64,000 bases of DNA from a virus (lineage: Duplodnaviria; Caudoviricetes), in the IMG/VR virus record IMGVR_UViG_3300037067_012588, one strand, 5' to 3'. The position numbers and the translations under genes were made by a program. The notes under the pieces were generated by a model. That model was not told the DNA's origin and made no database searches. It saw only the letters and a list, made by a program, of their open reading frames with translations. Below, piece by piece: positions 45,636 to 54,472 of this stretch (position 1 is its first letter; every line of letters starts with the position of its first letter).

Positions 45636-46151
45636 TCAAACGTTTTTTTCCATGAACTCGCAAACGGTGTAAACAGAAGATGTCAGCCAAAAAGGAAGAG
45701 TCATCTTATGCTTGTTCTTTTCAAAATATCCACGGGGAGAATTTTCACCAAAAGACAATGACATAGCCACCCAATCACAAATCATATGCAGACCATTAAC
45801 CTGAGCATTGATATCCTTGGGTTCGAACTTGATAGATTCGAAATGATGAGGGTTGCTTTTCTTGTGATTGTCCCACGCCAATCCAAACCCGTGCTCAACA
45901 ACCATTGATAGCTCTTTATCTGCACTTGTCGGGAAAAACTTCCTTCGGTATTGAACAAACTCCTTGTCGGAAAGCTTGCTCATGTCGTGACAACTTACCT
46001 GATTCCGCAAATTTTGATACAACTCACCATCCTTATCCAAATCAAGAGCTTTCGAAACAATAAGGAAGGCCTTTTGGACGTAGTTATAATGTTTCTCAAG
46101 ATAATCAAGATATTCTCGATTTTTTTGAACAGTCTCAAGAAAATCACTCAT
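45636..46151 (-). CDS. HD-like phage protein (DUF5662-like)
   Basis: H..YV...HDMSK...EF..Y...AW.NH...NPHH.E...MICDW.AM. Confidence 0.65.
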   Translation of the reverse strand: MSDFLETVQKNREYLDYLEKHYNYVQKAFLIVSKALDLDKDGELYQNLRNQVSCHDMSKLSDKEFVQYRRKFFPTSADKELSMVVEHGFGLAWDNHKKSNPHHFESIKFEPKDINAQVNGLHMICDWVAMSLSFGENSPRGYFEKNKHKMTLPFWLTSSVYTVCEFMEKNV

Positions 46152-46183
46152 GTGTTCATCCTTTCAAAAATGAAGGTATATTA

Positions 46184-48085
46184 CTATCCCTTCATCATAC
46201 TCATCAACTCTTCCTCACTGATGATTTTTGTTCCAAACTTCTCAGCCTTCTTGCTCTTATCCGAAGTCGAACTCGGATCAGCCTGAACAAGAAATCCAAG
46301 CCCCTTACCGACCGAGGACTTCACCGTCCCACCAGCAGCTTCGATTTCCTTTTCAACCTCGGCACGCTTGCGACCAGAAGGCATGGCTCCCGTGAGGCAG
46401 AAGGACTTGCCCGTCAGTGAGCCTGTCACCTCAACCACTTCTTCAACATCGACATAGTTCAAAAGCCTGTCGATTTCTCCGAAAGCCATTTTCAGGCTGC
46501 TCACAATCTTCTTCGCCGTCTTCTCGCCAACACTCGGAAGACCTGCCGCAAGCAACGTCTCTTCCGAAGCCTCAAGAACGCCGTGCATCGTCTTGAAGTG
46601 TGCAGCCATTGCCTTCGATGTTGAAGTGCCAAGACCATCAAGCCCAAGCGAATCAAGAACGACGGCAAGCGAAAGCTTCCGTTTCGAATTGAAGCAGTCA
46701 ATGGTATTTTTCGCCGTCTTGGCTCCAATCCCTTGTCCAACAAGCTGTGCCTCCGTCAACTCGTAAAAGTTGGAGAACTCGCACACAGCCCTGCTTTCAT
46801 AGAGGCTTTGAACCAGCTTTTCACCAACACCCTTTGCATCAATCGCTTCGATAAAGTGAATCAAGCGACCAATCTTGCGTTCAGGACAATTGATGTTACC
46901 GCACCACAAGGCAACATCGTTTTCGTCCATCTCGACTTTGCTTCCGCAACATGGGCAAGTTTCGGTATTCCCAATCCCACCGCTCATGTTGTTTTCGACC
47001 ACACGAACAACCTGTGGGATAATGTCACCAGCCTTTTCAATCAGAACCTTACAGCCGAAGGTGATGCCGTATTCACGAACATACGCCTCGTTGTGAAGAC
47101 TGATGTTGGAAATGGTAGAACCAGCCAAAAGAACTGGCTGAAGGCGTGCTACAGGCGTCAGCTTGCCATATCGACCAACTTGGCGGTCAATGCCAAGGAC
47201 GGTCGTAACGACCTGTTCGGCTGGAAACTTGAATGCTACGCTGCCCCACGGACATTTCGTGCCGTGCATTCCAGCAGAGTCACGCTCGGAGATGTCAAAG
47301 GCAGCAAACACAAGTCCGTCAATCTCGTAATCGAGATTCGGACGCTTTTCAGACCATTCCGCAATCTTCGCTTCAATGGATTCCTTTGTCAGGTCGACAG
47401 CATGGATTTCAACATATTCGACTCCATTCCGTGCGACAAAATTCTGACGTTCAATTTCATTGCTGAACGAAACGATGTCTCGAACATCGTATCCGAGGAA
47501 ATCAAGCTTGCGCTTGCCAGTTTCAGCGGCAGTCTTCTGATTCAGACTTCCCGCAGCAGCGTTACGGGGGTTGGCGAAAACACGCTCGCCAGAGTCACGA
47601 AGCTCCTTGAATACTGACCGCTTCATGTAGATTTCACCACGAAAGCGGACTTCATCGAGTCCATCGATTTTCTGTGGGATGGATTTGATATACCGAACGT
47701 TGTCGGTAACATCCTGACCCTCCATGCTGTTCCCACGAGTCGCCGCACGAACAAGTTCACCGTTTTTGTAGCAAAGCTCGACAGCCAGACCGTCAATCTT
47801 CGGCGACATGACGATGCTCCGAATACCAAGAGTCTTGAAGCGGTCAACGATTTCCTGTGCGCTGTAAACTTTATCCAGCGAACCCATAACCTCGGTATGC
47901 TTGACCTTCTTTCCATATGACACTTCAGCCCCAACCTCGGCAAGGGTCGCATGGTTGGGGTCAAGACTGCGAAGTTTCGCAATCAACTTGTCATATTCGG
48001 CATCGGAAATCTGCGTATTACCAGACGCATAGTTCTCGTTTTGCTTCAGAATTTCAGCAGAAAGGGCTTCAATCTCGCTGGACAT
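46184..48085 (-). CDS. ligA: NAD+-dependent DNA ligase
   Basis: ISDAEYD, KIDG adenylation motif, ATRG, NPRNAAAGSL, CP.C..C....C zinc finger, HhH repeats, BRCT (GKSFCLTG). Confidence 0.96.
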   Translation of the reverse strand: MSSEIEALSAEILKQNENYASGNTQISDAEYDKLIAKLRSLDPNHATLAEVGAEVSYGKKVKHTEVMGSLDKVYSAQEIVDRFKTLGIRSIVMSPKIDGLAVELCYKNGELVRAATRGNSMEGQDVTDNVRYIKSIPQKIDGLDEVRFRGEIYMKRSVFKELRDSGERVFANPRNAAAGSLNQKTAAETGKRKLDFLGYDVRDIVSFSNEIERQNFVARNGVEYVEIHAVDLTKESIEAKIAEWSEKRPNLDYEIDGLVFAAFDISERDSAGMHGTKCPWGSVAFKFPAEQVVTTVLGIDRQVGRYGKLTPVARLQPVLLAGSTISNISLHNEAYVREYGITFGCKVLIEKAGDIIPQVVRVVENNMSGGIGNTETCPCCGSKVEMDENDVALWCGNINCPERKIGRLIHFIEAIDAKGVGEKLVQSLYESRAVCEFSNFYELTEAQLVGQGIGAKTAKNTIDCFNSKRKLSLAVVLDSLGLDGLGTSTSKAMAAHFKTMHGVLEASEETLLAAGLPSVGEKTAKKIVSSLKMAFGEIDRLLNYVDVEEVVEVTGSLTGKSFCLTGAMPSGRKRAEVEKEIEAAGGTVKSSVGKGLGFLVQADPSSTSDKSKKAEKFGTKIISEEELMSMMKG

Positions 48086-48106
48086 ATTCTCACTCCTTCA
48101 AAAATA

Positions 48107-48144
48107 GACATAAGTACATCGTCCATGTCAGGAAAAACTTTCTG
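48107..48144 (-). promoter_or_regulatory. Degenerate copy of the repeated promoter motif upstream of ligA
   Basis: AAGTACATCGTCCA core, about 30 nt upstream of the ligA ATG. Confidence 0.45.
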
Positions 48145-48556
48145 TTATTCCCCTCAAAAACAAAAGAGCCTTCACATATTTTACAGCCGTCTTTGGTTTT
48201 GGGTCACAAGAAAGATTGCAAAGCATGTCGGCAATCTTCACACGACACGCCAATGGATTCGCCTTTATGCCATTGAAATAGTCTGTGTCCTTCTGCCCTT
48301 TGCGCCTCGTCATGGAAGAAACGGCGTCAACAATATACTGAGGAAAGCCAAGAGTCAAAAGCTTTTTTTCATCAACGGTCGTATCTTCAACAACATCATG
48401 CAACCAGCCGACAATTTTACCATCGGTATCGTCAAGGCGAGCAGCAACAGCTTCAGGATGAACAATATACGGCGTGACACCGTCACGCCGAAATTGACAT
48501 CGATGAGCTTCTTTGGCAACCTGTTCCGAAAACAAGACCCAAAGCGTATTATCCAT
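48128..48556 (-). CDS. Mesh1/SAH-like HD hydrolase ((p)ppGpp hydrolase family)
   Basis: AH..Q.R.DG..PYIVHP.AVA...WLHDVVEDT...V..MT...VKIAD...NL. Confidence 0.82.
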   Translation of the reverse strand: MDNTLWVLFSEQVAKEAHRCQFRRDGVTPYIVHPEAVAARLDDTDGKIVGWLHDVVEDTTVDEKKLLTLGFPQYIVDAVSSMTRRKGQKDTDYFNGIKANPLACRVKIADMLCNLSCDPKPKTAVKYVKALLFLRGITESFS

Positions 48557-48935
48557 TCTTTCTCCGATATTTGCGGTGAGCCTTCGGAAGGCTCCCATGA
48601 AGACTCTCAACCAAGATTATCAATTTCTTACACATATCAGTATCAAGTTTTCCGATATGTGCATCATCTTCAGACAGACCCAATCGATGACTAAGCCAAA
48701 TATACGCTCCTCGTCTTGTCAGATAACCGCCCTTCCAAAGACTATCGAACCTGTAGTGACATTCTGCCCTCATTCGCCTAACCTCCATATTGCTCGGAGG
48801 TCCACTTGGAGCCTTCGTTTCCTGACTGCACATCATATATCCATCGCAGCCTTTTTTCTGACAACAATAAAGGTATTTTCCAGACGTAGTGGTCGTTAAT
48901 ACGAGTTGACCTCCGCAAGACGGACAAACGAACAT
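48549..48935 (-). CDS. Zinc-finger protein (DUF3268-like)
   Basis: CPSCGG...C....CDGY..C...R..CH..FD.LW...R..AY.WL...LG...HIG..D...C. Confidence 0.75.
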   Translation of the reverse strand: MFVCPSCGGQLVLTTTTSGKYLYCCQKKGCDGYMMCSQETKAPSGPPSNMEVRRMRAECHYRFDSLWKGGYLTRRGAYIWLSHRLGLSEDDAHIGKLDTDMCKKLIILVESLHGSLPKAHRKYRRKNG

Positions 48936-48963
48936 GACGTCCCTCCTTCAAGGGAACCTGGGG

Positions 48964-49344
48964 TCAAACATCAACCCCGAGGTTCTGCGCAAAATCGACA
49001 AGGTCGGCAAATTGAGTCTCCACCTCGGAATACCCACTCGAATGTCCATCACTCCATGCCTTGGCATAGATAACCTCAGCCTTCTTCCGAACGTCATCAG
49101 CGATGACACCGTTGTCGCTCCTGACGTACTCAAGGAACAGGTCGTTCATGAAAAGCGCCATGAGCCGAATCTCCTCGGCGTTGTAAATCTTGACGGCGGC
49201 ATTGTAGTCCACCTTGGCTGCCTCGTATGCACGCAGCTCCTTGGCGAAGTTCTCGGCGTCATCGGCAGTCGGGTTCTTTGCGAGAATCGGCTTCTTGAGG
49301 CTCTCGGGGTACGTCATCTTGTTCTTATATTTGCTCATATCCAT
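48964..49344 (-). CDS. Hypothetical protein
   Basis: AAGGAG RBS; downstream of motif copy 2. Confidence 0.7.
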   Translation of the reverse strand: MDMSKYKNKMTYPESLKKPILAKNPTADDAENFAKELRAYEAAKVDYNAAVKIYNAEEIRLMALFMNDLFLEYVRSDNGVIADDVRKKAEVIYAKAWSDGHSSGYSEVETQFADLVDFAQNLGVDV

Positions 49345-49385
49345 TTTATTTCTCCTTTTGTTTTTTTGGGTTTCGTTCTTCGTCT

Positions 49386-49423
49386 TTCACAAAAGAACAT
49401 CGTCCAAAGGAGAAATTTTTGGA
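49386..49423 (-). promoter_or_regulatory. Repeated promoter/operator-like motif, copy 2
   Basis: TTCACAAAAGAACATCGTCCAAAGGAGAAATTTTTGGA. Confidence 0.7.
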
Positions 49424-49436
49424 AAAAATCTGATTT

Positions 49437-49820
49437 TTACCTCCAAGATTCTCCCATTTTTTCGAGAATTCGCCTCGCAGCTTTAACAGATTCATTGTCC
49501 GAATGCCCTAACGCAGTTCTTTTCAACTTCTCAACTCTGGACGGTTGACGAATCTGATTCTCAGACACAAGCCTTTGATATTCTTCTCGCAACTCTTGTC
49601 GTTTTTCTTCCCACATTGCCAACTTTTTCGCATAGTTTCTTTCCAGAATATTTCGAGGATTAGAACCAGAAGACAACCCTGGCAACTTATGCATTGCTGG
49701 GTCGCCCAAAGAAGACATTCCGTATCCCTTGGAGGACAAAAATTCTTCTTCTGTTAGAATCTCAACCACAGCAAATACCCCTATCAAGAAACCATCACAT
49801 GTCGAAGAAGTTCTTTTCAA
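49437..49820 (-). CDS. Hypothetical protein
   Basis: Packed ORF on the coding strand; start uncertain. Confidence 0.55.
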   Translation of the reverse strand: MKRTSSTCDGFLIGVFAVVEILTEEEFLSSKGYGMSSLGDPAMHKLPGLSSGSNPRNILERNYAKKLAMWEEKRQELREEYQRLVSENQIRQPSRVEKLKRTALGHSDNESVKAARRILEKMGESWR

Positions 49821-50029
49821 ACGACCTCTTTTTCAACACGACGATTCGTCACGCCACGCAACCGAAGTTCCATCGAGATATAGCTCACTTCATCGGCGTA
49901 ATAGCCAGCATTCTCGCCGTCAGGCATGGCTTCCATTGCTGCCTTCGCATCCTCAAGATTGAAAAGCAACGACTCAACAGACTTCGAGCGCAGACTCTTC
50001 GGATATTCTCGGTGATCCATCTTCTTCAT
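49817..50029 (-). CDS. Hypothetical protein
   Basis: 70 aa; GAAGGA RBS. Confidence 0.6.
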   Translation of the reverse strand: MKKMDHREYPKSLRSKSVESLLFNLEDAKAAMEAMPDGENAGYYADEVSYISMELRLRGVTNRRVEKEVV

Positions 50030-50034
50030 GACTG

Positions 50035-50346
50035 TTATCCTTCATTAAGGATGGTTTTGATTTGTTCGATGATAGATTCGTATTTCTTTGCACCAGCAAT
50101 CGTTTCGATGTCACTGTCCGTCGAAAGCTGATGGAGAATACCTTCCAGAAGTCGATACATCTTCGGAGACTTGGCAATCAACTTCGAGTTTGCTTCTGCG
50201 TTAGGTCCTTCAGGGACAGCAATCGCAATACGCTTTCCCTTAGTGTCAAAATATCCATCCTTAGCAACAACCTGCCAGTTGAGAACAAACTCACCAATCT
50301 GACGACGTTTTGCAATCCATTCCCCATCTGTAAAATCTGCCGACAT
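50035..50346 (-). CDS. Hypothetical protein
   Basis: ATG 50346 after AAAGGA; EANSKLIAKSPKMY resembles the common phage 'ANA.LIAAAP.L' motif. Confidence 0.6.
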   Translation of the reverse strand: MSADFTDGEWIAKRRQIGEFVLNWQVVAKDGYFDTKGKRIAIAVPEGPNAEANSKLIAKSPKMYRLLEGILHQLSTDSDIETIAGAKKYESIIEQIKTILNEG

Positions 50347-50359
50347 GTCAGTATTCCTT

Positions 50360-50620
50360 TCAGCGATTCTCGAACTCTTGCCCGACAAACTTTCTCCAGT
50401 TCGGAGAAATAGCATCGGCGTTTCTCCAATATTGACCAAAAGCCAAATACCCGTCTTTCCCGTAAAAATCAAGACCAGATTCAAAAACCTTCACCTTGAT
50501 GACTGGCATCAGAATCAAGGGATGCTTCCAGTCAATCTTGAAAACAGGCTTCCGAACACCGAGAAACTCCAAAATCGAATTGTAAATTCCCATGTCTTTC
50601 CTTTCAGCGGCTGATGCCAA
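50360..50620 (-). CDS. Hypothetical protein
   Basis: Fills a gap on the coding strand; probable start at MGIYN. Confidence 0.5.
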   Translation of the reverse strand: MASAAERKDMGIYNSILEFLGVRKPVFKIDWKHPLILMPVIKVKVFESGLDFYGKDGYLAFGQYWRNADAISPNWRKFVGQEFENR

Positions 50621-51035
50621 GACGAGCAGCGCACTCAGGTCCGTACCCTGCCTTCAGGGACGCTGGTGTTGTCAGTTTGCGGTTGCAACACAGACAACGC
50701 TTTTCGTGTTGGACGGAGTAGGTTCTCCCACTAAGGTCGATTTTCACCTCGACGACTTCACCAGAAGCCTCGTAAGCTTCCTGAATCGCCTCAAACGCCT
50801 TCTCGATAAGCTGGGCATAGTAACGGAATGCAGGGCTTTGCTTCTTCGTCCAGACATTGACACTGCTGTTGGACACAAAGCCGAAGCCACTGTAGCTTGT
50901 TTCGTTGTCACTTCCTGTCAGGAGGGACACGATACGCTTTCCCTCAAGAGCACCTTTGTTGATGGTGTGAATCTTGAAAGTGCGATATTCACTCGTTCCG
51001 ATATTCTGGATGGTAATCGTTCCGTTCTGAATCAT
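50604..51035 (-). CDS. DUF6011-like zinc-finger protein
   Basis: RCLCCNRKLTTPASLKAGYGPECA; AGGAG RBS. Confidence 0.75.
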   Translation of the reverse strand: MIQNGTITIQNIGTSEYRTFKIHTINKGALEGKRIVSLLTGSDNETSYSGFGFVSNSSVNVWTKKQSPAFRYYAQLIEKAFEAIQEAYEASGEVVEVKIDLSGRTYSVQHEKRCLCCNRKLTTPASLKAGYGPECAARLGISR

Positions 51036-51060
51036 GGCTGTTCTCCTGTTTGGTAATCGT

Positions 51061-51098
51061 TTCACGAAAGAACATCGTCCAGAATGAAAAAATCTTGA
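51061..51098 (-). promoter_or_regulatory. Repeated promoter/operator-like motif, copy 3
   Basis: TTCACGAAAGAACATCGTCCAGAATGAAAAAATCTTGA. Confidence 0.7.
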
Positions 51099-51100
51099 AA

Positions 51101-51718
51101 TTATTTTCGCAATTGCGAAGAATTACTGCGAGGTTTCCCAGTCGTTGACTTCTTTTTCTTTTTGATTCGCCCGTAAACCTCATCCATGTTTCTCATAACA
51201 CAGGACGCAGACAACCAATCAGTTGTCGCAATTCCGTCATCTGGAAGAGAATCAACAGACAATCTCATCAGAACACTTCCTGCGAAAAACATCTCATCAC
51301 GATTCAGGTTGTGCAGTTTTACCTTCCAAAACTCTTCATGAATCCTGCACTCATGAATCTGTTGGAGCTTGATTCCATTGAGATGACCATACGAATGCAT
51401 ATATTCGATATTTGACGCCGCAAACAAAACCTTCTCTGCAAAGCTCTTTTTACTATCGTATACACCTGTCACCGCCATACGCCACAATGAAAGACCATCC
51501 CATATCGCCTTCGAGTATCCAGCCTTGTCGAGAAACAACGCCGTAGCAACGACAATAGCACCAGCCCTCGTATCGTGGCTTTTGCAGATATCATCAATTT
51601 GCTTGATGAGACGTTCTTCTTCCTTCGTTGTGCTGCCAATATAAAGGATATGAAGCTCGTCTGAAATCTTCTTCTCAACCTGAGCCAGTGTTTTCTTGCA
51701 AAAGCAATCAAGAATCAT
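51101..51718 (-). CDS. Hypothetical protein
   Basis: ATG 51718 after GAGGAG; the ORF-track extension to 52048 overlaps the radical SAM gene. Confidence 0.6.
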   Translation of the reverse strand: MILDCFCKKTLAQVEKKISDELHILYIGSTTKEEERLIKQIDDICKSHDTRAGAIVVATALFLDKAGYSKAIWDGLSLWRMAVTGVYDSKKSFAEKVLFAASNIEYMHSYGHLNGIKLQQIHECRIHEEFWKVKLHNLNRDEMFFAGSVLMRLSVDSLPDDGIATTDWLSASCVMRNMDEVYGRIKKKKKSTTGKPRSNSSQLRK

Positions 51719-52523
51719 TCTGGACACTCCTCTTGTAACGAAACGATGAACGTGAACAAGTTTTGCAACTCGATACAAACGTTTTGCGGAACGTTTGGTT
51801 GAACTCCTTGAATCGTTCCGCAAAGTCGCCTTCGGCGTAATCATCAACCTCGGCGTAGTTCCACGAGCCGAAGCCACACTTGTAAATACGCCCAACCTCA
51901 TCAATGAGGAAAGCATACCGATTTTCAGGATTATGGCAGTAGCAAGCAAACAGCGAATAGACGCCCAGCTCGATATCTCCACGACCAACAGGAACAATCG
52001 ATTCAGGCTTTGTCTGTTCTTCTGTCGCAACGTTATGCGAAATCCCAAGAGTTGTCAACAAGTTATCTGCTTGTTCTACATTGGCATTGTTATGCCACCT
52101 GTCTTCTGAGATAGAGACATTGATATTGGAAAAGGTAGAAAGAAACTCAGCAGCTCCTGCCTCGACAACCGTATCGCCGCTAGTCACCAGACGGCAATAG
52201 GTTACGTCTTTCACGAGAATGGAAACAATTTCACGCCAGTCAGGGTTGCAACAAATCTCGCCGCCCATGATCGATATATGTTTGATGTTATTGTTTCGGA
52301 GGAACTCGGCAGTCTTGTTGGCTTGGGCAATGGTCATCATCGCCGTCTTCTTCGGCGAACAACCAAAACAACAATGAGGACAAGATTGGGTGCATTTCGA
52401 TGTGATACGAATAGTCGGTCGAAGAACCTTTGGGCACTTCGACCGATTTTTGCAGGTATCGCAATTGCAGTTGCGAGCACCTTTGCATTCTTCTTCGATA
52501 CAGATATCACAGCGACAAGACAT
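51708..52523 (-). CDS. Radical SAM protein with Cys-rich N-terminus and SPASM/Twitch-like C-terminus
   Basis: CTQSCPHC (CxxxCxxC), GGE, P.GRG, IDEVGRIYKC, C..C. Confidence 0.85.
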   Translation of the reverse strand: MSCRCDICIEEECKGARNCNCDTCKNRSKCPKVLRPTIRITSKCTQSCPHCCFGCSPKKTAMMTIAQANKTAEFLRNNNIKHISIMGGEICCNPDWREIVSILVKDVTYCRLVTSGDTVVEAGAAEFLSTFSNINVSISEDRWHNNANVEQADNLLTTLGISHNVATEEQTKPESIVPVGRGDIELGVYSLFACYCHNPENRYAFLIDEVGRIYKCGFGSWNYAEVDDYAEGDFAERFKEFNQTFRKTFVSSCKTCSRSSFRYKRSVQNDS

Positions 52524-52545
52524 GTTTTCCCCTTTATGGTCAATA

Positions 52546-52585
52546 CTCACAAAAGAACATCGTCCAGCAAGGAGAAAATTTATGA
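52546..52585 (-). promoter_or_regulatory. Repeated promoter/operator-like motif, copy 4
   Basis: CTCACAAAAGAACATCGTCCAGCAAGGAGAAAATTTATGA. Confidence 0.65.
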
Positions 52586-52614
52586 GTTTTATTCAGAAGG
52601 CTCTTCAACAGCCT

Positions 52615-53139
52615 TCATGTCTTTCTAAGGACAAACTTCTTGTCTTTCATGCTCCACACGCATTCACGGTGAAGCCGATTCTTGTCATGTTCGGCTTCAG
52701 GGTCATTGTTGGCACAGATAACCCAGCCCTTTCCCATGACCATCTTGCACCAGAACCCATACTCTTCACACTCTTTATCACCCGGCCAACTTCCAGTCCA
52801 TGGGAGGAGTTCTTCATCCGTGACAGGCATTTCGTCACATCCAGCCAGAAGTTCTCCGCTTTCATCCGACAAACACATCAGCGCCTGTCCACCGCAGTGA
52901 GGACAACGCTCGATATCGCAACCAGGCTTGTGCTTCTCGCCAGGTTTGACTCCGCAATCAGGACACAAGGCTCCATTTTCGTTTTCGATGGCTGCAATTG
53001 CAGCCGCCCAATCACGAAGCTTGTCGGAAAACGTATTGCGGTCATCTCCATCCTTGAAGATGCCTTCGCTTCCCTTTTCGACTTCTGCATCGATCATATC
53101 AATCGCAGAGACAATGCCACTCGATTCATTGGCAGACAT
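52615..53139 (-). CDS. Cys/His-rich hypothetical (metal-binding) protein
   Basis: CPDCGVKPGEKHKPGCDIERCPHCGGQ...C. Confidence 0.7.
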   Translation of the reverse strand: MSANESSGIVSAIDMIDAEVEKGSEGIFKDGDDRNTFSDKLRDWAAAIAAIENENGALCPDCGVKPGEKHKPGCDIERCPHCGGQALMCLSDESGELLAGCDEMPVTDEELLPWTGSWPGDKECEEYGFWCKMVMGKGWVICANNDPEAEHDKNRLHRECVWSMKDKKFVLRKT

Positions 53140-53168
53140 GAGTCGCCTCCCCTCTCTCCTGAAGGAGA

Positions 53169-53197
53169 ACCTTGGGGGATGGGTTGTCCCCCAAGGT
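53169..53197. other. Intergenic 11-bp-stem hairpin
   Basis: ACCTTGGGGGA-TGGGTTG-TCCCCCAAGGT; no U-tract on the coding strand. Confidence 0.55.
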
Positions 53198-53208
53198 CTC
53201 GGACTTGA

Positions 53209-53640
53209 CTAAATCTTGGACACCTTCTGGTCGATGACTTCGACTTCAAGCTTCGTGGTAATCTTGCCGTTGCACTTGGACGTGGTCGAACCCTTGACCT
53301 TCTCGATGGCTTCGGCAGCATCAGCTTCAGCCTTGTCGACCAACTTCGGGTCAACCGTTTCAGCCATCTCGATCAGCTTGGTCATATCGAGACCTGTCAT
53401 GCCAGCCGCTTCACGCTGCTTGTTCATCTCGTTGAGGGCGACCGTGAGAAGCTGCCACGGCTTAGCCTTCTGAACCATCTTCTGTTCGTAGGATTCACCC
53501 ACGGTCAGGTTGCCCAGAATGCGCACATTGACATCGACAGCGTACACACCCGCTTCCATGTCCGCAGCCGCCGTCTTGAGAGCCGCATCCTTGATTGCCT
53601 TGCCAAGAGCCAACGTGGTGCTTGCAGTCAGATTCGCCAT
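53209..53640 (-). CDS. Hypothetical protein
   Basis: GGAGG RBS; follows motif copy 5. Confidence 0.7.
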   Translation of the reverse strand: MANLTASTTLALGKAIKDAALKTAAADMEAGVYAVDVNVRILGNLTVGESYEQKMVQKAKPWQLLTVALNEMNKQREAAGMTGLDMTKLIEMAETVDPKLVDKAEADAAEAIEKVKGSTTSKCNGKITTKLEVEVIDQKVSKI

Positions 53641-53684
53641 TTTCTTTCCTCCGTTTGGGTTCATGTTCTTCTCATACCGTTTTG

Positions 53685-53722
53685 TTCACAGAAGAACATC
53701 GTCCAAAGAAGAAAATTCTGGA
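53685..53722 (-). promoter_or_regulatory. Repeated promoter/operator-like motif, copy 5
   Basis: TTCACAGAAGAACATCGTCCAAAGAAGAAAATTCTGGA. Confidence 0.7.
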
Positions 53723-53731
53723 AAGATTTTT

Positions 53732-54469
53732 CTACAAACAACCAGAAAACATCTGATCTACCTCTTTGTCCATCTTTTCAACAGGATATACCTGAAGAGC
53801 CATTTTGGGCAATCGTCTAACGAAGAAAATAGCCATATTCGCATCCAGTGCGCCCCTGAAATAACCTTCCTCATGAAGCAGACGCCGATAGATGTTCAAC
53901 TGAAGGCTGTAATGGTTGAAATTGCAGTCATCCAGATGCTTCAGGAATCCGTTCCCACACTGGTATGTGTTCCCGAATTTGATTTCCTTGTTCGTCTTCC
54001 AGTCAAACACACATAGACGACCCTGCTTGTCCTTGAACAGCAGGTCTATAGTTCCTGCAAGCCGATACCTCGGGCTAAAGATAATCTTCTCAGATGCAAT
54101 GAAGCGATAGTTCTTCAAGAGGTCGTTGTCAATGAAATCCCCAACCGTCTTGAAACTTTTCTCATCTTGCTCATCGGAAGGATCAGGCAACGGATTCCCG
54201 AGCAGTTTTGCTTCGGCGAACTCATGAACCCTTGTTCCATATTCCGAGCCTTTGTTCTTTTTGTCTTCCCAATCCTTTTTGACATCTTCAACATTCAGGT
54301 TTCTTTTCGCAGCATATTTCTTTGCGACCCCTTCTGTATCGAACTCTGGAAAATGGTTGTGTATGAACCCAGTGACCGATGTGTAAACAACGCCCTGAGT
54401 GTCAATATACTTGTGGTCTTCCTCGGTGAAGGTGATAACCTCCCCCGATGGATGCTCAGCTTGTTTCAT
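53732..54469 (-). CDS. PD-(D/E)XK (RecB/Cas4-like fold) nuclease without an Fe-S cysteine motif
   Basis: H.Y...SVT...GTRVH...E...SE..I....LAGTIDLL...DWKTNK...YSLQL.IY; 3 nt separate it from the cas3 stop. Confidence 0.85.
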   Translation of the reverse strand: MKQAEHPSGEVITFTEEDHKYIDTQGVVYTSVTGFIHNHFPEFDTEGVAKKYAAKRNLNVEDVKKDWEDKKNKGSEYGTRVHEFAEAKLLGNPLPDPSDEQDEKSFKTVGDFIDNDLLKNYRFIASEKIIFSPRYRLAGTIDLLFKDKQGRLCVFDWKTNKEIKFGNTYQCGNGFLKHLDDCNFNHYSLQLNIYRRLLHEEGYFRGALDANMAIFFVRRLPKMALQVYPVEKMDKEVDQMFSGCL

Positions 54470-54472
54470 TTA

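Noticed and set aside
53732-54469. Calling the nuclease cas4
   Set aside because: It lacks the four conserved Fe-S cysteines and matches generic phage PD-(D/E)XK exonucleases.
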